Of a stretch of DNA of 64,000 nucleotides, positions 27,404 through 41,500 are shown one piece after another. Source of the stretch: Octopus sinensis (Eukaryota). Both the position numbers and the translations under genes were made by a program. The DNA is taken from contig NC_043006.1 of NCBI RefSeq assembly GCF_006345805.1, positions 66,216,001 through 66,280,000 on the forward strand, read 5' to 3'. Each line of letters begins with the position of its first letter. Position 1 is the stretch's first letter. The notes under the pieces are model-generated. The model was not told the origin of the DNA. It ran no database searches and saw only the letters and a list, made by a program, of their open reading frames with translations.

Positions 27404-28125
27404 CACCACAGTACCGCAATCACTATCCGTGCGAAAGACGGGTGTCTGAATGGCAATTTGACGTGCTAAAAATAACAGCCCAATCTCTCTCGAAGCTCAC
27501 ATCCTACCGTCTTAAGAAGGATACGTTGGATGGAACATTGGTCAATGTAGTCCTAGATATCTTTCATCTTTCACTTGTTTCAGTCACTGGACTTCGGCCA
27601 ACCTGGAGCAACGCCTTGAAGAATGTGTAGTTGAGAAAATTGCCCCATTTAGAAAGAGAAAAAAAAAGAAAAATCTTGGCGCATATTCTATCGATTATTT
27701 TTGCTAAACTGCTAAGTTACCAGAACATAAACGAACCAACACCGGTTGTCAAGCGGTGGGGATGAGTAACAAACACAGACACAAAGGGACACATACGCAT
27801 ACATACACATATACATGAATGCCAACACACACACACACACACACATGCACTTCCTTTTATTCTTTTACTTGTTTCAGTCATTTCCCGGCGGCCATGCTGG
27901 AGCACCACCTTTAGTCAAAAAAATTGACCTCTGAACTTATTCTTTGTAAGCCTGCTACTAATCTATTGGTCTCTTCCTCCGAACCGCTGTTACGGGGACG
28001 TAAACACACCTACACCGGTGGTCAGGTGATGGTGGTGGTGGGGGGACAAACACAGACACAAAGACACGCACATATACATACATACATACATACATACATA
28101 ATACATACATACAGACATACATACA

Positions 28126-28161
<36 letters not shown>

Positions 28162-28169
28162 TATATATA

Positions 28170-28410
28170 GGGAGAATTCACAAAACAACAACAGACGAAG
28201 ACAGGTGGTGTAGACAATAAACAGATGTATTAGTATAACGCTCGGGAAGTGAAAAAGTCTTTAACGTTTCGAGCCTACGCTCTTCTACAGAAAGGAATAT
28301 AGAAAGAAACAAGGAGAGAAAATAAAGAATATGTAGTAGCTAGCTATCTATCATGGCGAATGCTGGGCAGAAGGGTGACACAGGAGAACTAGGGAGAAGA
28401 GGAGTAGTGG
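28170..28410 (-). mobile_element. (TA)n-anchored hammerhead-bearing element (motif 28258-28295, core CUGUAGA)
   Basis: Homology to the 19778 unit. Confidence 0.8.
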
Positions 28411-28418
28411 TGAATCCC

Positions 28419-28453
<35 letters not shown>

Positions 28454-29559
28454 TGTATGTATGTATGTATGTATGCCTGTATGCATGTATGTATGCATGT
28501 ATGAACGTACGTACGTATGTATGTATGTATGTATATATATATATATATATAATATATATATATATATATTCTTTTATTCTTTTACTCTTTTACACGTTTC
28601 AGTCATTTGACACACATATGCACACACACAGACGCATATACACACACACACTCAATACTCACAGAAATATATATACACGCTTACACACTTATACATGCAG
28701 CCATTCCAATATCGCCCTCTCTCCCCCTCTCTTTCTTTCTCTGTCACTCACTCCCTCTCTCCCCTCTCTCTTACTCTATCTCCCTTTCTCTCCTTCTCTC
28801 TCTCTCTCTCTCTTCATACACATACTTACAAATACATATACACACTCGCACGCGCAACCATTTCAATAACTTTTTCTCAGCCCTTACTAATCCCTTCCCC
28901 CATCTCCCCCTATTCTACTGCCCCACTTATACTCACCACCAACACCGCAATATCCACCTGATCCCCACCCCGAATCTACCCCCGTCCGTCACTCATCATC
29001 TCCTATTTCACAATCTCTCCACAAATCACAATCAAGCGACTTCGACGGAAGTCAGAAACAAACAAAATGCGAACACAACCGGAAGTCACCATATGGCGGT
29101 TGGTGGCTGTCCTGGTGGTTTGGTAGTTTAGCCTCGGTTCGACTTAATTAGGCAGACATATGATCAAAAGTGTTCCAGCCGTGGCCATCGCGTCTATCTT
29201 TGATTTTTCTCTTTAGTCAGGCGCAGGCATGGCCATGTGGTTTCTTAACCACACAGCTCGCTTTGTAGCCACGTGCTTTCGGGTTCGGTTCTACTTCTAC
29301 TGGGAATTTAACCATTTTGCCTGTGTTAAAAACTATAGGGTGAAATCATTGGAATATCGGACACAATGCCGTTTACGTTCTGATTTCAAATACTGTCCAG
29401 GACATCTGATTTTTCCTCTCTCTAGGATCGATAAAATAATGTACCTGTCTAATCCTGATGATTCTAACCGTCCCAAGGAGTCAAACTTACAGTAACGACA
29501 TCTCCAATAATAAGCCATCAATACCGTACCGGCAGCTCCTTTCCCGTGAACTAAGTGGG

Positions 29560-30335
29560 CACTTTCTTTTAAAGTCTTGGGAACTTTCCAGAGACTTCTT
29601 GCACAGCCAAGTAAAGTTGTATTCTTGATGTGCTCTATTTTCGTTTCCAAGCTTATCTTTTCCAACCAGTTTCATTGCTCTCAGTATATAGTGTACTAAG
29701 AATTATTGGCACAATATACACCTTTTCATTAACTATAACTTGTTGATTCTTCTTTTCGGAGCTTCATATGAATCTCCTCAGTTTTTCCCCTTCTTTTCGA
29801 CAATTCTTCTGTCACCAGGGGAAGCTGTGTCTATAATCAGATACGAGCTTTCTTCTTGTCTACCTGTACACTATCAGCTTTCCTATGTCCGGTTCTATGA
29901 TCACATTGCTCGGTCATTGTCAACGACACACACATCGGTTCATGTTTATGCCATTCTCTCGCCTTTTCCAATCCAAACTTGTTACATTATTCATAGTGAA
30001 CTATTCTGGCGACATTGTCATTCCTTCTCTTGTGTTCTCTCCGATCCATTTTACTGCATTCGTTTAAAATATGCCACACTCACTCTCTCTCTCCGCTTTC
30101 ACCTCAAATTCTGCATTTATTTGATTCTGTTGATCGGTCAACTTTGAGTTGGATGTAATCAGTTCTTAACTCTTGTTTCACGCTGAACATATCAAGGCCA
30201 CTGTTTCAGATTTCAGGTCGCATTTTTTGTGACTAAAGCCATCTTTTATATGGGTCTATGTCCCTTGGTATCTCTCTCAAGAACTGACCGTGCAACTTCT
30301 TATCCTTTTTGTTGCTTTCCCCTATTATTGTTGTT
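29560..30335 (-). pseudogene. Old R4/Dong-clade (RLE) LINE 3' fragment
   Basis: KKLHGQFLREI..WL..DLKSETVALICS..CRI*GESGE..WHILNEC..RRNDNVARIVHYE..PGDRRIVEK..TTLLGCARSLWKV (CCHC knuckle + restriction-like endonuclease), read across frameshifts. Confidence 0.8.
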
Positions 30336-30526
30336 AGCACACCGATCAAAATGCTTAGCGACATTTTCGTCCGTCTTTACGTCCCGAGTTCTAATATCGC
30401 AGAGACTGTCTTTGCTTTTTATCTTCTCATGAACGATAAAGTAATTCACAATCGAGAATTGGGGCTCATGCAATCGACTAGCCTGTTCTCCTCCCCAAAA
30501 TATCAGACCTTGTGCCTATAGAAGAA

Positions 30527-30592
<66 letters not shown>

Positions 30593-30798
30593 ATTACAAT
30601 GACTACTTGCAATATACTAGGCCGATTCAGATGATTTTATGTAGGTATGTGGGCTTTTTATAGTATAGAATATTGAATTTGTGGATTTAAAGAAATATGT
30701 CGATACAGAGTGGGGCGAGTGGACTTACCGAGATACAAAGAGAGATAGAGGGAGAAAAAGAGGAAGAGAGAGAAAGAAAGAGGGAAAGAGAGAGAGAG

Positions 30799-30843
<45 letters not shown>

Positions 30844-31229
30844 AAGTGCAGCCCTTGTTGACAATAAATATGTGACATAAAAGAACGTAAAAAATAGAAT
30901 TTTGCTATGAAAATCTTTTCAGTTTTCTCATTTTTTTTGGCTTCATGTTAATTACTCTGGGATTAATTAACGAAATATTCTCTTATTATTATATTCTTTT
31001 CTTCTAATTAGCCTTTTTTTTTCAGTTGTTTTTTTTTCTGGTTATTTAAATTTTTTTCGTTTGATCGCGCGTAAGTGATGTTAATTCTTTTCATCTTGTA
31101 ATTAATTAACCAGCTGTGATTACTGCTGAGATGGTTCAGTTTAGCGACAAATCCAGTGAACCACCACCAAGAGGTGTCGTTTCTCTGCTGGAACCGATTC
31201 GCTACTTAAATACGACTAATTTCACTTAC

Positions 31230-31292
31230 GTAGACAGAAACGTATCCAATAATTACAACATTGAACCAGCGACGTAAAAATATAGCCGCCAT
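31230..31292 (-). CDS. Probable first coding exon of an unidentified host gene (MAAIFLRRWFNVVIIGYVSVY)
   Basis: Kozak-like AAAATGG, 21 open codons with a hydrophobic signal-peptide-like run, immediately followed by canonical donor GTAAGT (31229-31224), phase 0. Confidence 0.55.
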
Positions 31293-31296
31293 TTTG
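31285..31296 (+). promoter_or_regulatory. YY1-consensus motif GCCGCCATTTTG overlapping the candidate start codon
   Basis: Match to the YY1 consensus; binding untested. Confidence 0.45.
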
Positions 31297-32267
31297 ATGG
31301 TCTCTTTTTCTCCTTTTTCTCTTCCTTTTTTCTACCTCATAACAATACTTCCCTTCCTCCATTACGGAAAAGTATATACGGTATGATTTAGTATAATCAT
31401 TTGGTGGGTTGTCTAATTAATAAACAGTGAAGTAATTGCTCACTTAGTTAATGTAGTGGGCACGAAGACTTTAAGTAATAAAGGCTATATTTGTATCCAA
31501 GAGAGATATAAAGAAGGGCCTCCGACAGAAATTCAACAAAGCGGGAGAGGTCTGTTCCGTTTTCTTTTTTTACTTTTTGCTTTGGCGCCAGGAATAAGGA
31601 TTCATTCAAATTTCAAGGAGAAGGCTGAGGTAGTATTTTTCCCCATTTTTTTTTCAGAAGCCCGGCTTAGCTTTTGGGCCCCAGGCACATATACTACAAA
31701 TAATACTGAAGGCAAACAAAGAATCACAAGAAGGACAATCCAAAGGAAAAAATATACATGCGTACATACATAGACATTCTTATATAAATACATACAAATA
31801 CGCATATATACCTATATATATGCATAAGTACATTGATATATATATTATATATAAAATAATGTTGAGCGGAAACTTTTCCTAGATTGGAATTTAAATCTTA
31901 ATTTCTATAGAAATTTATTATTTCAAGAAAAAAATTGAATTTGAATTACTTTTAATTTTTACGATTACAGATAACAACTCGGACTGTAACTTCTGAGCCC
32001 GGGTCAGACCCGTGTGAACGATCTCGAGAGAACGTCTGCAACGAATGATATATTTTGACACAGGGTACTTCTAAGATGACCGCCAGACGCTAAACGAAAA
32101 TAAATAAACTGCCACGAGGTTCAATAAAAGGTGCCCGAGTCATTGGCTGCAATTACATACTTGAAGTCAGTGTTAACAGAAATTAAATCAACTTGCAAAT
32201 ACGTGTTCACTTTTTATTAAATTTATACTCGGTCTAAGACCGAACAACCCGAGTGCCGGAGTCGCCA

Positions 32268-32345
<78 letters not shown>

Positions 32346-32372
32346 CACACACACACACAGACACACACACAC

Positions 32373-32537
32373 ACAAGTAAAGTCAATCGCCATATCAAAG
32401 TGGTTGTTCCATGTTACTACTAGTTTAACCCCAGGCAGATCTTCTGCCAGCTGTTTATCGGTGCAGAAGATCTGCCTAGAGTTAAACTAGTAGTAACATG
32501 GAACAACCACTTTGATTTAGCGATTGACTTTACTTGT
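32373..32537. repeat. Hairpin with 75-bp arms and 15-nt loop
   Basis: Arms 32373-32447 and 32463-32537, four mismatches counted. Confidence 0.95.
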
Positions 32538-32589
32538 TAGTAGATTTACTACTCTGATCTCTTCTAGAGATTTTACAACTATATATAAA

Positions 32590-32745
32590 GTTGAAATTTA
32601 CAGATACGCAAATGGCGAGAAACAGGTGTTTGAACAACAAACAGGTGTATTAGTTTGACGCTCGGGAAAGTGAGAAAAAGTATTTTACGTTTTGAGCCTA
32701 CGCTCTTCAACAGAAAGGAACACGAGGAAATTAACAGAGAGAATA
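32590..32745 (-). mobile_element. (TA)n-anchored hammerhead-bearing element, G12 mutated
   Basis: Homology to the family; CTCAAAAC in place of CTCGAAAC. Confidence 0.8.
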
Positions 32746-33452
32746 TATATATATAAGTGTATGGATGTGTGTGTAGATATGTGTGTACTTGAGTAAACTA
32801 AAAGTGGCGCGTCGAACAAACCTACATTGCAGCTTTAGTGCTAACTTAAGTCTCTTTGCATCAACGACTGATGCGGTCATGTAAAATTTCATTTGGCAGT
32901 GCTCCAGCATGGTCGCCACCTCATGATTAACCGCGGAAACAACAAAAATAGATGTTGTTTGGCAGTAGGTGAAGGCCCGTGGTTAGAGTATCATAAGATC
33001 GTGGTTTCAATTCCTGGACTAGGTGTTGCATTGTGTTTTTGACCGAACCACTTCATATCACGCTGCTTCAGTCCACTCAGCTGCAAACAGGTAACCATGC
33101 GACAGACTGGTGTCCCGTTTAGAGAGAATCATTGTGGCCTCGGCCATGGAATCCGGTCACTGGCCCTCATCAGTCCCAAGATCCGAAACATGCTTTGCCA
33201 GTGGCGTTTCCTTCATGAATGCAAGGCAGACCATATCTTTTATCTTTTACTTGTTTCCGTCATTAGTCTGCGGCCATGCTGGGACATCACCTTAAAGAAT
33301 TTTAGTCAAACGAATCGACTGCAGTTTTATTATTTTATTTTTACCCTGACACTTATTCTGTCGATCTCTTTTGCCGAATCGCTAAGTTAAACACACCAAC
33401 AAACGGTGCTGGGGGAGAAACATAAAGGCACACACACACACATATACACACA

Positions 33453-33499
<47 letters not shown>

Positions 33500-34340
33500 G
33501 ACGGGCTTCTTTCAGTTTCCCTCTACCAAGTCCACTCACAATGCTTTAGTCTGCTCGAGACTATGGCAGAAGATACTTGCTCAAGGTGCGACGCAGTAGG
33601 ACTGAACCCGACACCAAGTTGTTGTGAAGCAAACTTCTTACCACACAACCATGTCTAAGCTAATAAAAAGCAATAAAACTTACTAGAAAATAACAAAAAA
33701 CAAAAATACACCTTTCCTTCTATAACATCACATGAATTCTGTCGGAGACTGCGGCCAACCCAGCCAGCAAGTGGAAGCTCAACGCATACACAATCATAGC
33801 TTTACCCACCAGCTCAATCGACAACTGAAAGCGAGGCTACAAACCAGTCACATGACTCCTGCCTTGGGGTTCAAAGTTGTTAATCTGTAATTAATTTACG
33901 TAGATATTGTTTCAGTATGTTAATTTATTTTTTGTTGGTGTTTCAATCTTCTTTGTGTGTTTCGTGGGTGGTTTATAAATAAATCAATGCCTGGTATTAC
34001 TTCCATCGTTTCTGGCTAATTATATTTCCAGTTTTCTGCACCTCAGCGATGGCTGTGCAGAGAATATAATTTACTAGGGTAAGTGAAACGCCATTCACAT
34101 CGCGTTCCTTTTCTGAAAAAAAAAAAACAGAAACCGCGCGGCTTAGTTAGAACAAACAGACGATACAAAGAGAAAATCTTACCCAGAACTTTATCAAATT
34201 TGCTAGCGTTTTAATTTTAATTTTTAATGTGACGAGGTGCAGAATCAACAGTACAATGGACAAAATGCTTAGCGGTATTTCGTTCGTCTTTACTCTCCCT
34301 CTCTCTAACACGAACACTCATACACACACATTTACAGAGG

Positions 34341-34371
<31 letters not shown>

Positions 34372-34385
34372 GGAGAGAGAGAGAG

Positions 34386-34426
<41 letters not shown>

Positions 34427-35789
34427 TGTGTGTGTGTGTGTGTGAGGTCGGCTTTGCCTTTCATCGTTTCGGGGCCGATAAGCTAAATACCGGGATTGGT
34501 ATAATCAACGATCCCCTCCTAATAAAATTTCAGGCCTTGTACCTATTTTACAAAGGCTTTCTGTTCATATTTGTCTTTAAGATCCGTTGCCCGGTTTCCA
34601 TGGCGTGTAAGGGACTCAGATCACAACAACCACCTGAATGGGATGTCAGTCCAATGTAGGGTGTAAGGCTCGCAATTATTGAGGGGAGGGGACAAAGCCG
34701 CCTGCATCACCCACCCCTCAGTACTTGACTGATACTTTATTCTATTGACCCTGAAGAAAAGATGAAAGGCAAAGTCAGTCTTAGTGGGATTTGAACACTG
34801 GACGTAAAAAGCCAGAAGAAATGCTGTAAAACTATTTTGCCCGTCAAGCTAACCATTCTGCCAGCTTGCTGCCTTTACAAATGTTTTCGAGGAAAAATTT
34901 AGGGGCAGCGAATTCAAGGAGAGGGATCAGTCGTTTACAGCAGCCCTAGTACTTGATTTTAGCGACCTCTGGGGGCATTTAAATTCAGAATATAAATTTG
35001 TTGAACAAATACTGCAGGGCAGTTTTTCCGGTACTCCCCCGATTCTTCCAATCTACAACTCTTTGGAAATATTTCTTGTAATGGTTTTTGATTTAGGCAC
35101 TGGACCAACAATTTTGTTGGGTAGAATTTATCTATACCATGTACCCCAGTAAATGGGCAGGTACAATCTCTTATCGAGCCCAAAAGGATGAAAAATGAAA
35201 CATTTCCAAATAATCCTTTCTACTCTAGGCACAAGGCCTGAAATTCTGGGGGAAGGGCAACTTGAGAATACATCGACCCTAGTAATCAACTGGTACTTGT
35301 TTCATAGACTCCGAAGAATGAAAGGCAAAGTCGATCTCGGTGAAATTTGAATTCAAAACATGAAGGGATGGATGAAACGCTGTTATGCATTTTTTTCCTC
35401 GGCGGAATTTAAACTCGGAACGTAACGGCAGATGAAATACCACAAAGCATTTCGCCCGGCGTGCTAACGCTTCTGCCAGCTTATATATAAGAACGCTGTT
35501 CTTATATTGTTCTTGAATCATTGACTTTCGTTGTGAGTGACTGCGGTTACTTCGATCATCGCATCTTTTATTAAAATAATTCCATAAAGGACATTCTTTC
35601 TTTTTTTCTGTTTTTTTTTTTGCGAAACTCGTTTTGCAACCACCTAGCTCCGGTTTCAGTTCCACTGCACGGTATCTTGGGCAAGTGTCTTCTGCAATAG
35701 CCACAAGCTGACCAATACTTTGTGAGTGAATTAGGTTGACAGAAACTGAGTGGAAGTCCATCGTACACACACACAAACACACATATGTA

Positions 35790-35997
35790 TAGGCGCAGGC
35801 GTAGCTGTGTAGTAAGAAGCTTGCTTCCCAACTACATGGTTCTAGGTTCAGTCCCACTGCGTGGCACCTTAGGCAAGTATCTACTACTATAGCCTCGGGC
35901 CGACTAAAGCGTTGTGAGTGGATTTGGTAGACAGAAACTGAAAGAAACCCGTCACACAGACATACACACATATACACACGCACATGTATGTATATAC

Positions 35998-36030
<33 letters not shown>

Positions 36031-36265
36031 TGTATGTATGTATGTATGTATGTATGTATGTATGTATGTATGTATGTGTGTGTGTATGTGTGTGTGTATG
36101 TGTGTGTGTATGTGTGTGTGTATGTGTGTGTGTACGTGTGTGCACGCGCGTATGTATATATGTGTACATACGTATGTATCTGTGTTTGATAACCGGTGTT
36201 GATTTGTTTATGTCCCCGTTAATTAGCGGTTCGATAAATAACACTGATAGAATAAGTGACAGACT
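35790..36265 (+). mobile_element. SINE family A with expanded (TATG)n linker
   Basis: TAGGCGCAGG head through CCCGTTAATTAGCGGTTCG body. Confidence 0.85.
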
Positions 36266-36278
36266 CGAAACATTTTAG

Positions 36279-36604
36279 GAGCACTCCGTCGTTTACAACG
36301 ACGAGGGTCCCAGCTAATACGATCAACGGAACAGCTTGCTCGTGAAATTAACGTGAAAGTGGCTGAGCACTCCTTAGACACGTGTACCCTTAACGTAGTT
36401 CTCTGGGAGATTCAGGGTGACACAGAGTGTGACAAGACTGGTCCTTTGAGATACAGGTACTACTCATTTTTGCCAGTTCAGTGGACTTGAGCAATCGTGA
36501 AATAAAGTGTCTTACTCAAGGATACAATGCGTCGCCGGGAATTGAACTCACGACCATACGATCGTGAGCCGAATGCCCCTCACCACTAAGCCACGCGCCT
36601 TCAC
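36279..36604 (-). mobile_element. tRNA-headed SINE with CORE-like middle and family C 3' module
   Basis: Head GTGAAGGCGCGTGGCTTAGTGG..GAGTTCAATTCCC; tail CCCTCGTCGTTGTAAACGACGGAGTGC. Homologs at 38934-39235, 47063-47175 (3' part) and 59075-59370 (degenerate). Confidence 0.88.
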
Positions 36605-37234
36605 ATTAAACATTATTATATACTGAGATTAATTTGTTTGACTAAAACACTTCAAAGCGGCGCCCCAACATGGCTGCAGTCCAATGACTGAAACAAGTAA
36701 AAGATTAAATAAAACAAGAAGATGAAAGAAGTATTTAAAAGACTAATTATAAATAACAAGCTTTTGGAAACGCAAAAATTAGATTTTCACGGTCCCGATG
36801 AAAGCTGGTTAACTGAAGAGAAGGTAAGTATATTTGGTTTGGTTTCTGTCTCGCTGATTTCGATGAAAAATTGTGAAAATCATTAAAAAAACTGTTCCCG
36901 TTATCTAAGAGATGTCAACAACTATTCAGAACAATCTAATTCAGCCAATTAGTACTGTTCTTTGGGATTAAATTAAAAAAGGAAATTGCAGAAGTTTTGT
37001 ACGTCGCCATTTTAATTGAAATGCACCTGCCTTAAGTTGTCTGTCTCCGCTTTTTCCAGTTTTGCGTTACGTTGATAGAAATGGACAAATTTGTGCAAGG
37101 CTCCCACGGACTTTAGAAAAGATAGAGAAGCTCACAATTTTGGATTTTTCTGGAAGAAAAAAAAAAGAAAAAGAAGAAAAAAAAAACAGAAACTTAATAT
37201 GTTCTGCTTCTTTTCGTTTTTCTTTTATTTGTTT

Positions 37235-37525
37235 CTGAAATTGGATTGCGGTCATGTTGAGGCACGTTGTTAAAGGGTTTTAGTCGAAATCGACCCTAGT
37301 ACATATATAATTTAAAGACTAGTACTTAGTCTATCAGTCTCTTACGTCGAAACCGCTAAGTTATAGTGATGTAAACGACCCAATACCATTTGTCATGCGG
37401 TGTTGGGAACAGAAACAAACACGAAGGCACACGTGTGCACACACACATGCACGCACACACGCATACACACAAGCGCGTCCACGCACATACATTCACACAC
37501 ACACACACACACGCGCACACACACA

Positions 37526-37556
<31 letters not shown>

Positions 37557-37990
37557 CCATACATATCTATGCTTCTCTTTACTAAATCCACCCACAAAAC
37601 TCTTCACTCCTGCTCCAGAGCGTCGGCTGCGGGGTCATTCCGAAAAGCTCTACCTGCGACGATTTCATCTCAATCGAAGGAGAGGAGCTTTCTCCGTCCG
37701 GGTTGCGGATCCGTGGAACAAGCTGCCAGACGAGATAGTGAAGATGCCGACGACCGCTTTGTTCAAAGCCTCCCTTGACCTCAAGTGGCCTGAACTCTTT
37801 ACATGAACACCACCCTGTACTTAACTCCATGTCCCCCTACATGGCCTTGCTATTTGCTTTTGAACCAAATTAACTAACTAACTAACTATCTTGTCGGTCC
37901 GGAGCTATAATCGAAAACCAAGGTGCTGCGTGTTGGGAATGAACTCGAAACCTCATGTTTACTAAGGGAACTTCTTAACCACACAGCCAT
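37235..37990 (-). mobile_element. SINE family A interrupted by a CR1 fragment
   Basis: SINE sequence resumes on both sides of 37597-37888. Confidence 0.75.
37597..37888 (+). mobile_element. CR1-clade LINE 3' end
   Basis: LRGHSEKLYLRRFHLNRRRGAFSVRVADPWNKLPDEIVKMPTTALFKASLD; (TAAC)n tail. Confidence 0.9.
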
Positions 37991-38035
37991 GTCGGCGCTT
38001 GTTCAAAACCCTAGTTGCTTAAAAGACATTTGCAT

Positions 38036-38645
38036 ATTCTTTTCTACTGTAGGCACAAGGACCAAAATTTTTGGGGAGGGGGCCAGTCGATTAGATCGAC
38101 CCCAGTACGCAACTGGTACTTAATTTATCGACCCCGAAAGGATGAAAGGCAAAGTAGACCTCGGCAGAATTTGAACTCAGAACGTAAAGACAGACTAAAT
38201 ACCGCTAAGAATTTCACCCGGTGTGCTAACGTTTTTTATTTCTTTACTACCCACAAGGGCCTAAATACAGGGAGGACAAACAAGGACAGACAAACGAATT
38301 AAGTCGATTATATCGACCCCAGTGCGTAACTGGTACTTATTTAATCGACCCCGGAAGGATGAAAGGCAAAGTCGACCTCGGCAGAATTTGAACTCAGAAC
38401 GTAGCGGCAGACGAAATACCTATTTCTTTACTACCCACAAGGGGCTAAACACAGAGAGGACAAACAAGGAGAGACAAACAGATTAAGTCGATTATATCGA
38501 CCTCAGTGCGTAACAGTAACTTATTTAATCGACCACGAAAGGATGAAAGACAAAGTCGACCTCGGCGGAATTTGAACTCAGAACGTAACAGCCGACGAAA
38601 TACCGCTAAGCATTTCGCCCGGCGTGCTAACGATTCTGCCAGCTC
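38036..38645 (-). mobile_element. Trimeric SINE family B composite
   Basis: Three central domains; junctions at 38237 and 38421 (184 bp apart). Confidence 0.9.
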
Positions 38646-39419
38646 TTTGCCTATTCGCATATTTATTTAAGGATTAAGGAGATGCTTTCGGTCACGGTTT
38701 CGCTGAAGTACTGTCTCTCCCGCGTCCCCACAAAATGCAGGGACGTCTCTGAAATTGTCTCCGTTATTGCTTCGGCAAATATTAAAAAAATGCTGTTTCG
38801 GTTTTACTTCATACAAAATGTCGTCTTCACATCGCTTCTTTTCACATGAAAAAGAAAAAAAGCAGTAAAAAAAAAAGCTTAAGCGCTGTTCTAGTAAAAT
38901 CTCTTCAAAGCGGTGCCTCAGCATGGCCACAAAGACGAGCGTTCCAACTGATCCGACGAACGGTACAGCCTCCTCTTGAAATCAACGTGCAAGTGGCTGA
39001 GTACTCCACGGATTCGCGTACTCTTAACGTAGTCCATGGGGAGGTTCAGCGTGACACAGCATGTGACAAGGCCGGTCCCCTTTGAATTACGGGTACAATT
39101 CATGTTTGCCAGCTGAGTAGAATGGAGCAATGTGAAATAAAGTGTCTTGCTTAAGGATACAACGCGCCTCCAGGAAGCGAACTTACGATTTTACGATCGG
39201 GAGTTGAATAATCTAACCACTAAGCCACGCGCTTTCGCACGCACACACGCACACACCCACATGTATGTATGTATGTATGATGTATGTATGTATGTATCTA
39301 TGTATGTATGTATGTATGTATGCATGTATGTATGTATGCATGCATGCATGTATGTATATATGTATGTATGTTTGTATGAATGTGTGTATATGTGTGTGAG
39401 TGTGTGTGTGTGTGTGTGT

Positions 39420-39452
<33 letters not shown>

Positions 39453-41314
39453 ATTACATGCTGGTTGTTAGTTCCTCAAGAAGCACTCAATTCCTAATGG
39501 CCCTTCATAAGAGCTCAGAGCTTCTGGATAAACGTATCTACGCGTAAACCTGAAAGTAAATCACTTCACTAAAACAGAATCAGTTATGGCGGTTGTTTCC
39601 GGTAAATTTAAGCATGACGCTAACATCAACAACAAGTGTAGCCTCTCTTAAAATGGTGGTCGTCACACGACAAAATTTTGAAGATTATGCTTTTGCTGTC
39701 TAAATGTAAAAGATAGATTTAAAAACTTAATGGACATATGAATCAGTGAAGCGGCTGATATCTGAGATTCCAGCGAAAATGTCGATCATGTCACATATCG
39801 GTAGAAAATATTTCACGTGATCGGCAACCGTGTGCATATATCATTAAGATGCTATACTGTGATACGGTGTGATGCTGCAGCGAAGCCAATACATAATGTC
39901 ATCTGTAAGCAAGACTGCTCTGGGATAAACACAGAAAACAGTTCTGATGTTGAGAACATTCACTTACAAGGAATATTGCTGGAATATTCTCATCATTAAT
40001 TCTGCCAAATGCAAACAAAACATGGCTGATACAGCTGAAGTGTTTGAGACAATAAAGAAAAATTATGTGCAGTTATAGAGGTCAGCTAACCTAAGATGTG
40101 GGCATTTGTTACACAATCAAGAATGGAGACGCAGGCGTGGCTGAGGGGTAAGAGGTTTGCTTCGTAGACACGTGGTTCCGGGTTCAATTCCACAGTGTGA
40201 AACCTTGGGCAAGTGCCTCCTACTATAGCCTTGGGCCACATAAAGCCTTGTGAGTAGATTTGGTAAACGGAAACTGAAAAAGCCCATCGTGTGTGCTGTA
40301 TTTCATGTTTCTGTATTCCATTATTTTTTTGTTTTTTTATATTCGTCCCTTTTGCTGTCCTGGTGTCCGTATGCATTCGATCCTTCTTCCAGGAAATCTA
40401 CGCTCCCAGCTTAGTTTTTCTAATGCTCGTTGCTTAGTTTTTCTTGGAGGGCTGGCCGTGATCTAGTAATCTCAAGATTAATCAGCCGAAATTACTACGA
40501 TGATCCGGTTCTTGACTGAAGACTGAGGGTTTCGAATGTCCTGTCCGTGTTTATTGTATCGTCTTCTAAGAGTTATACGTTCTTGTCCATGTTGTATTTT
40601 TCTACATACCTTAACATATATATATATATATACATACATACATATACATATATATATATGCATGTATGTATATATATATACATATGTATATATATGCACA
40701 CACCATGTGTGTGTGTGCATGTGTGTGTGTGTGTTCGTGTTTGTTTCCCACTACTGTTTGACAACTGGTGTTGGTGTGTTTACGTCCCCACAAGCTAGCT
40801 GTTCGGCAAAATATTCCAATTGAATAAGTACCAGGCTGAAAAATAAGTCCCGCGGTTCACTTCTTCGACTAAAACTTTCAAGGTGGCGCCTCGGCATGGC
40901 CGCGATCGAATGACTGAAACACAGGGCTGTATTATCGATTTTTTTTCAATAATCTAAGTATGTCACAAGGTTTTCAGACATGAGTTCTACTCACGTGTGA
41001 AGTTTCATCAAAACCAATAAAACGATGTCGAGGGAGTTAGCTAACAACGCCATAAACAAACACACACCGAGTTTCCACATATGTAGTATATATATATATA
41101 ATATATACGACGGGCTTCTTTCAGTTTCCGTCTACCAAATCCACTCACAAGGCTTTAGTCGGCCCGAGGCTATATTAGAAGACACTTGCTCAAGATGCCA
41201 CGGTGGCGGGCTGAATCGGGAGCCACGTGGTTGGAAAGCAAACTTCTTACCACACAACCACTCTTGTATATATATATGTATATATAGACATACATACATA
41301 TATATGTGTGTGTT

Positions 41315-41367
<53 letters not shown>

Positions 41368-41393
41368 GTATGTATATATAGTATATATATATA

Positions 41394-41431
<38 letters not shown>

Positions 41432-41453
41432 TATATATGTATGTATGTATGTG

Positions 41454-41500
<47 letters not shown>

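Noticed and set aside
29308-29490. Possible piggyBac 3' end (TTAA-CCATTT; RCPG..KS..R..C)
   Set aside because: Only weak resemblance; the adjacent part of that ORF is better explained as Dong LINE.
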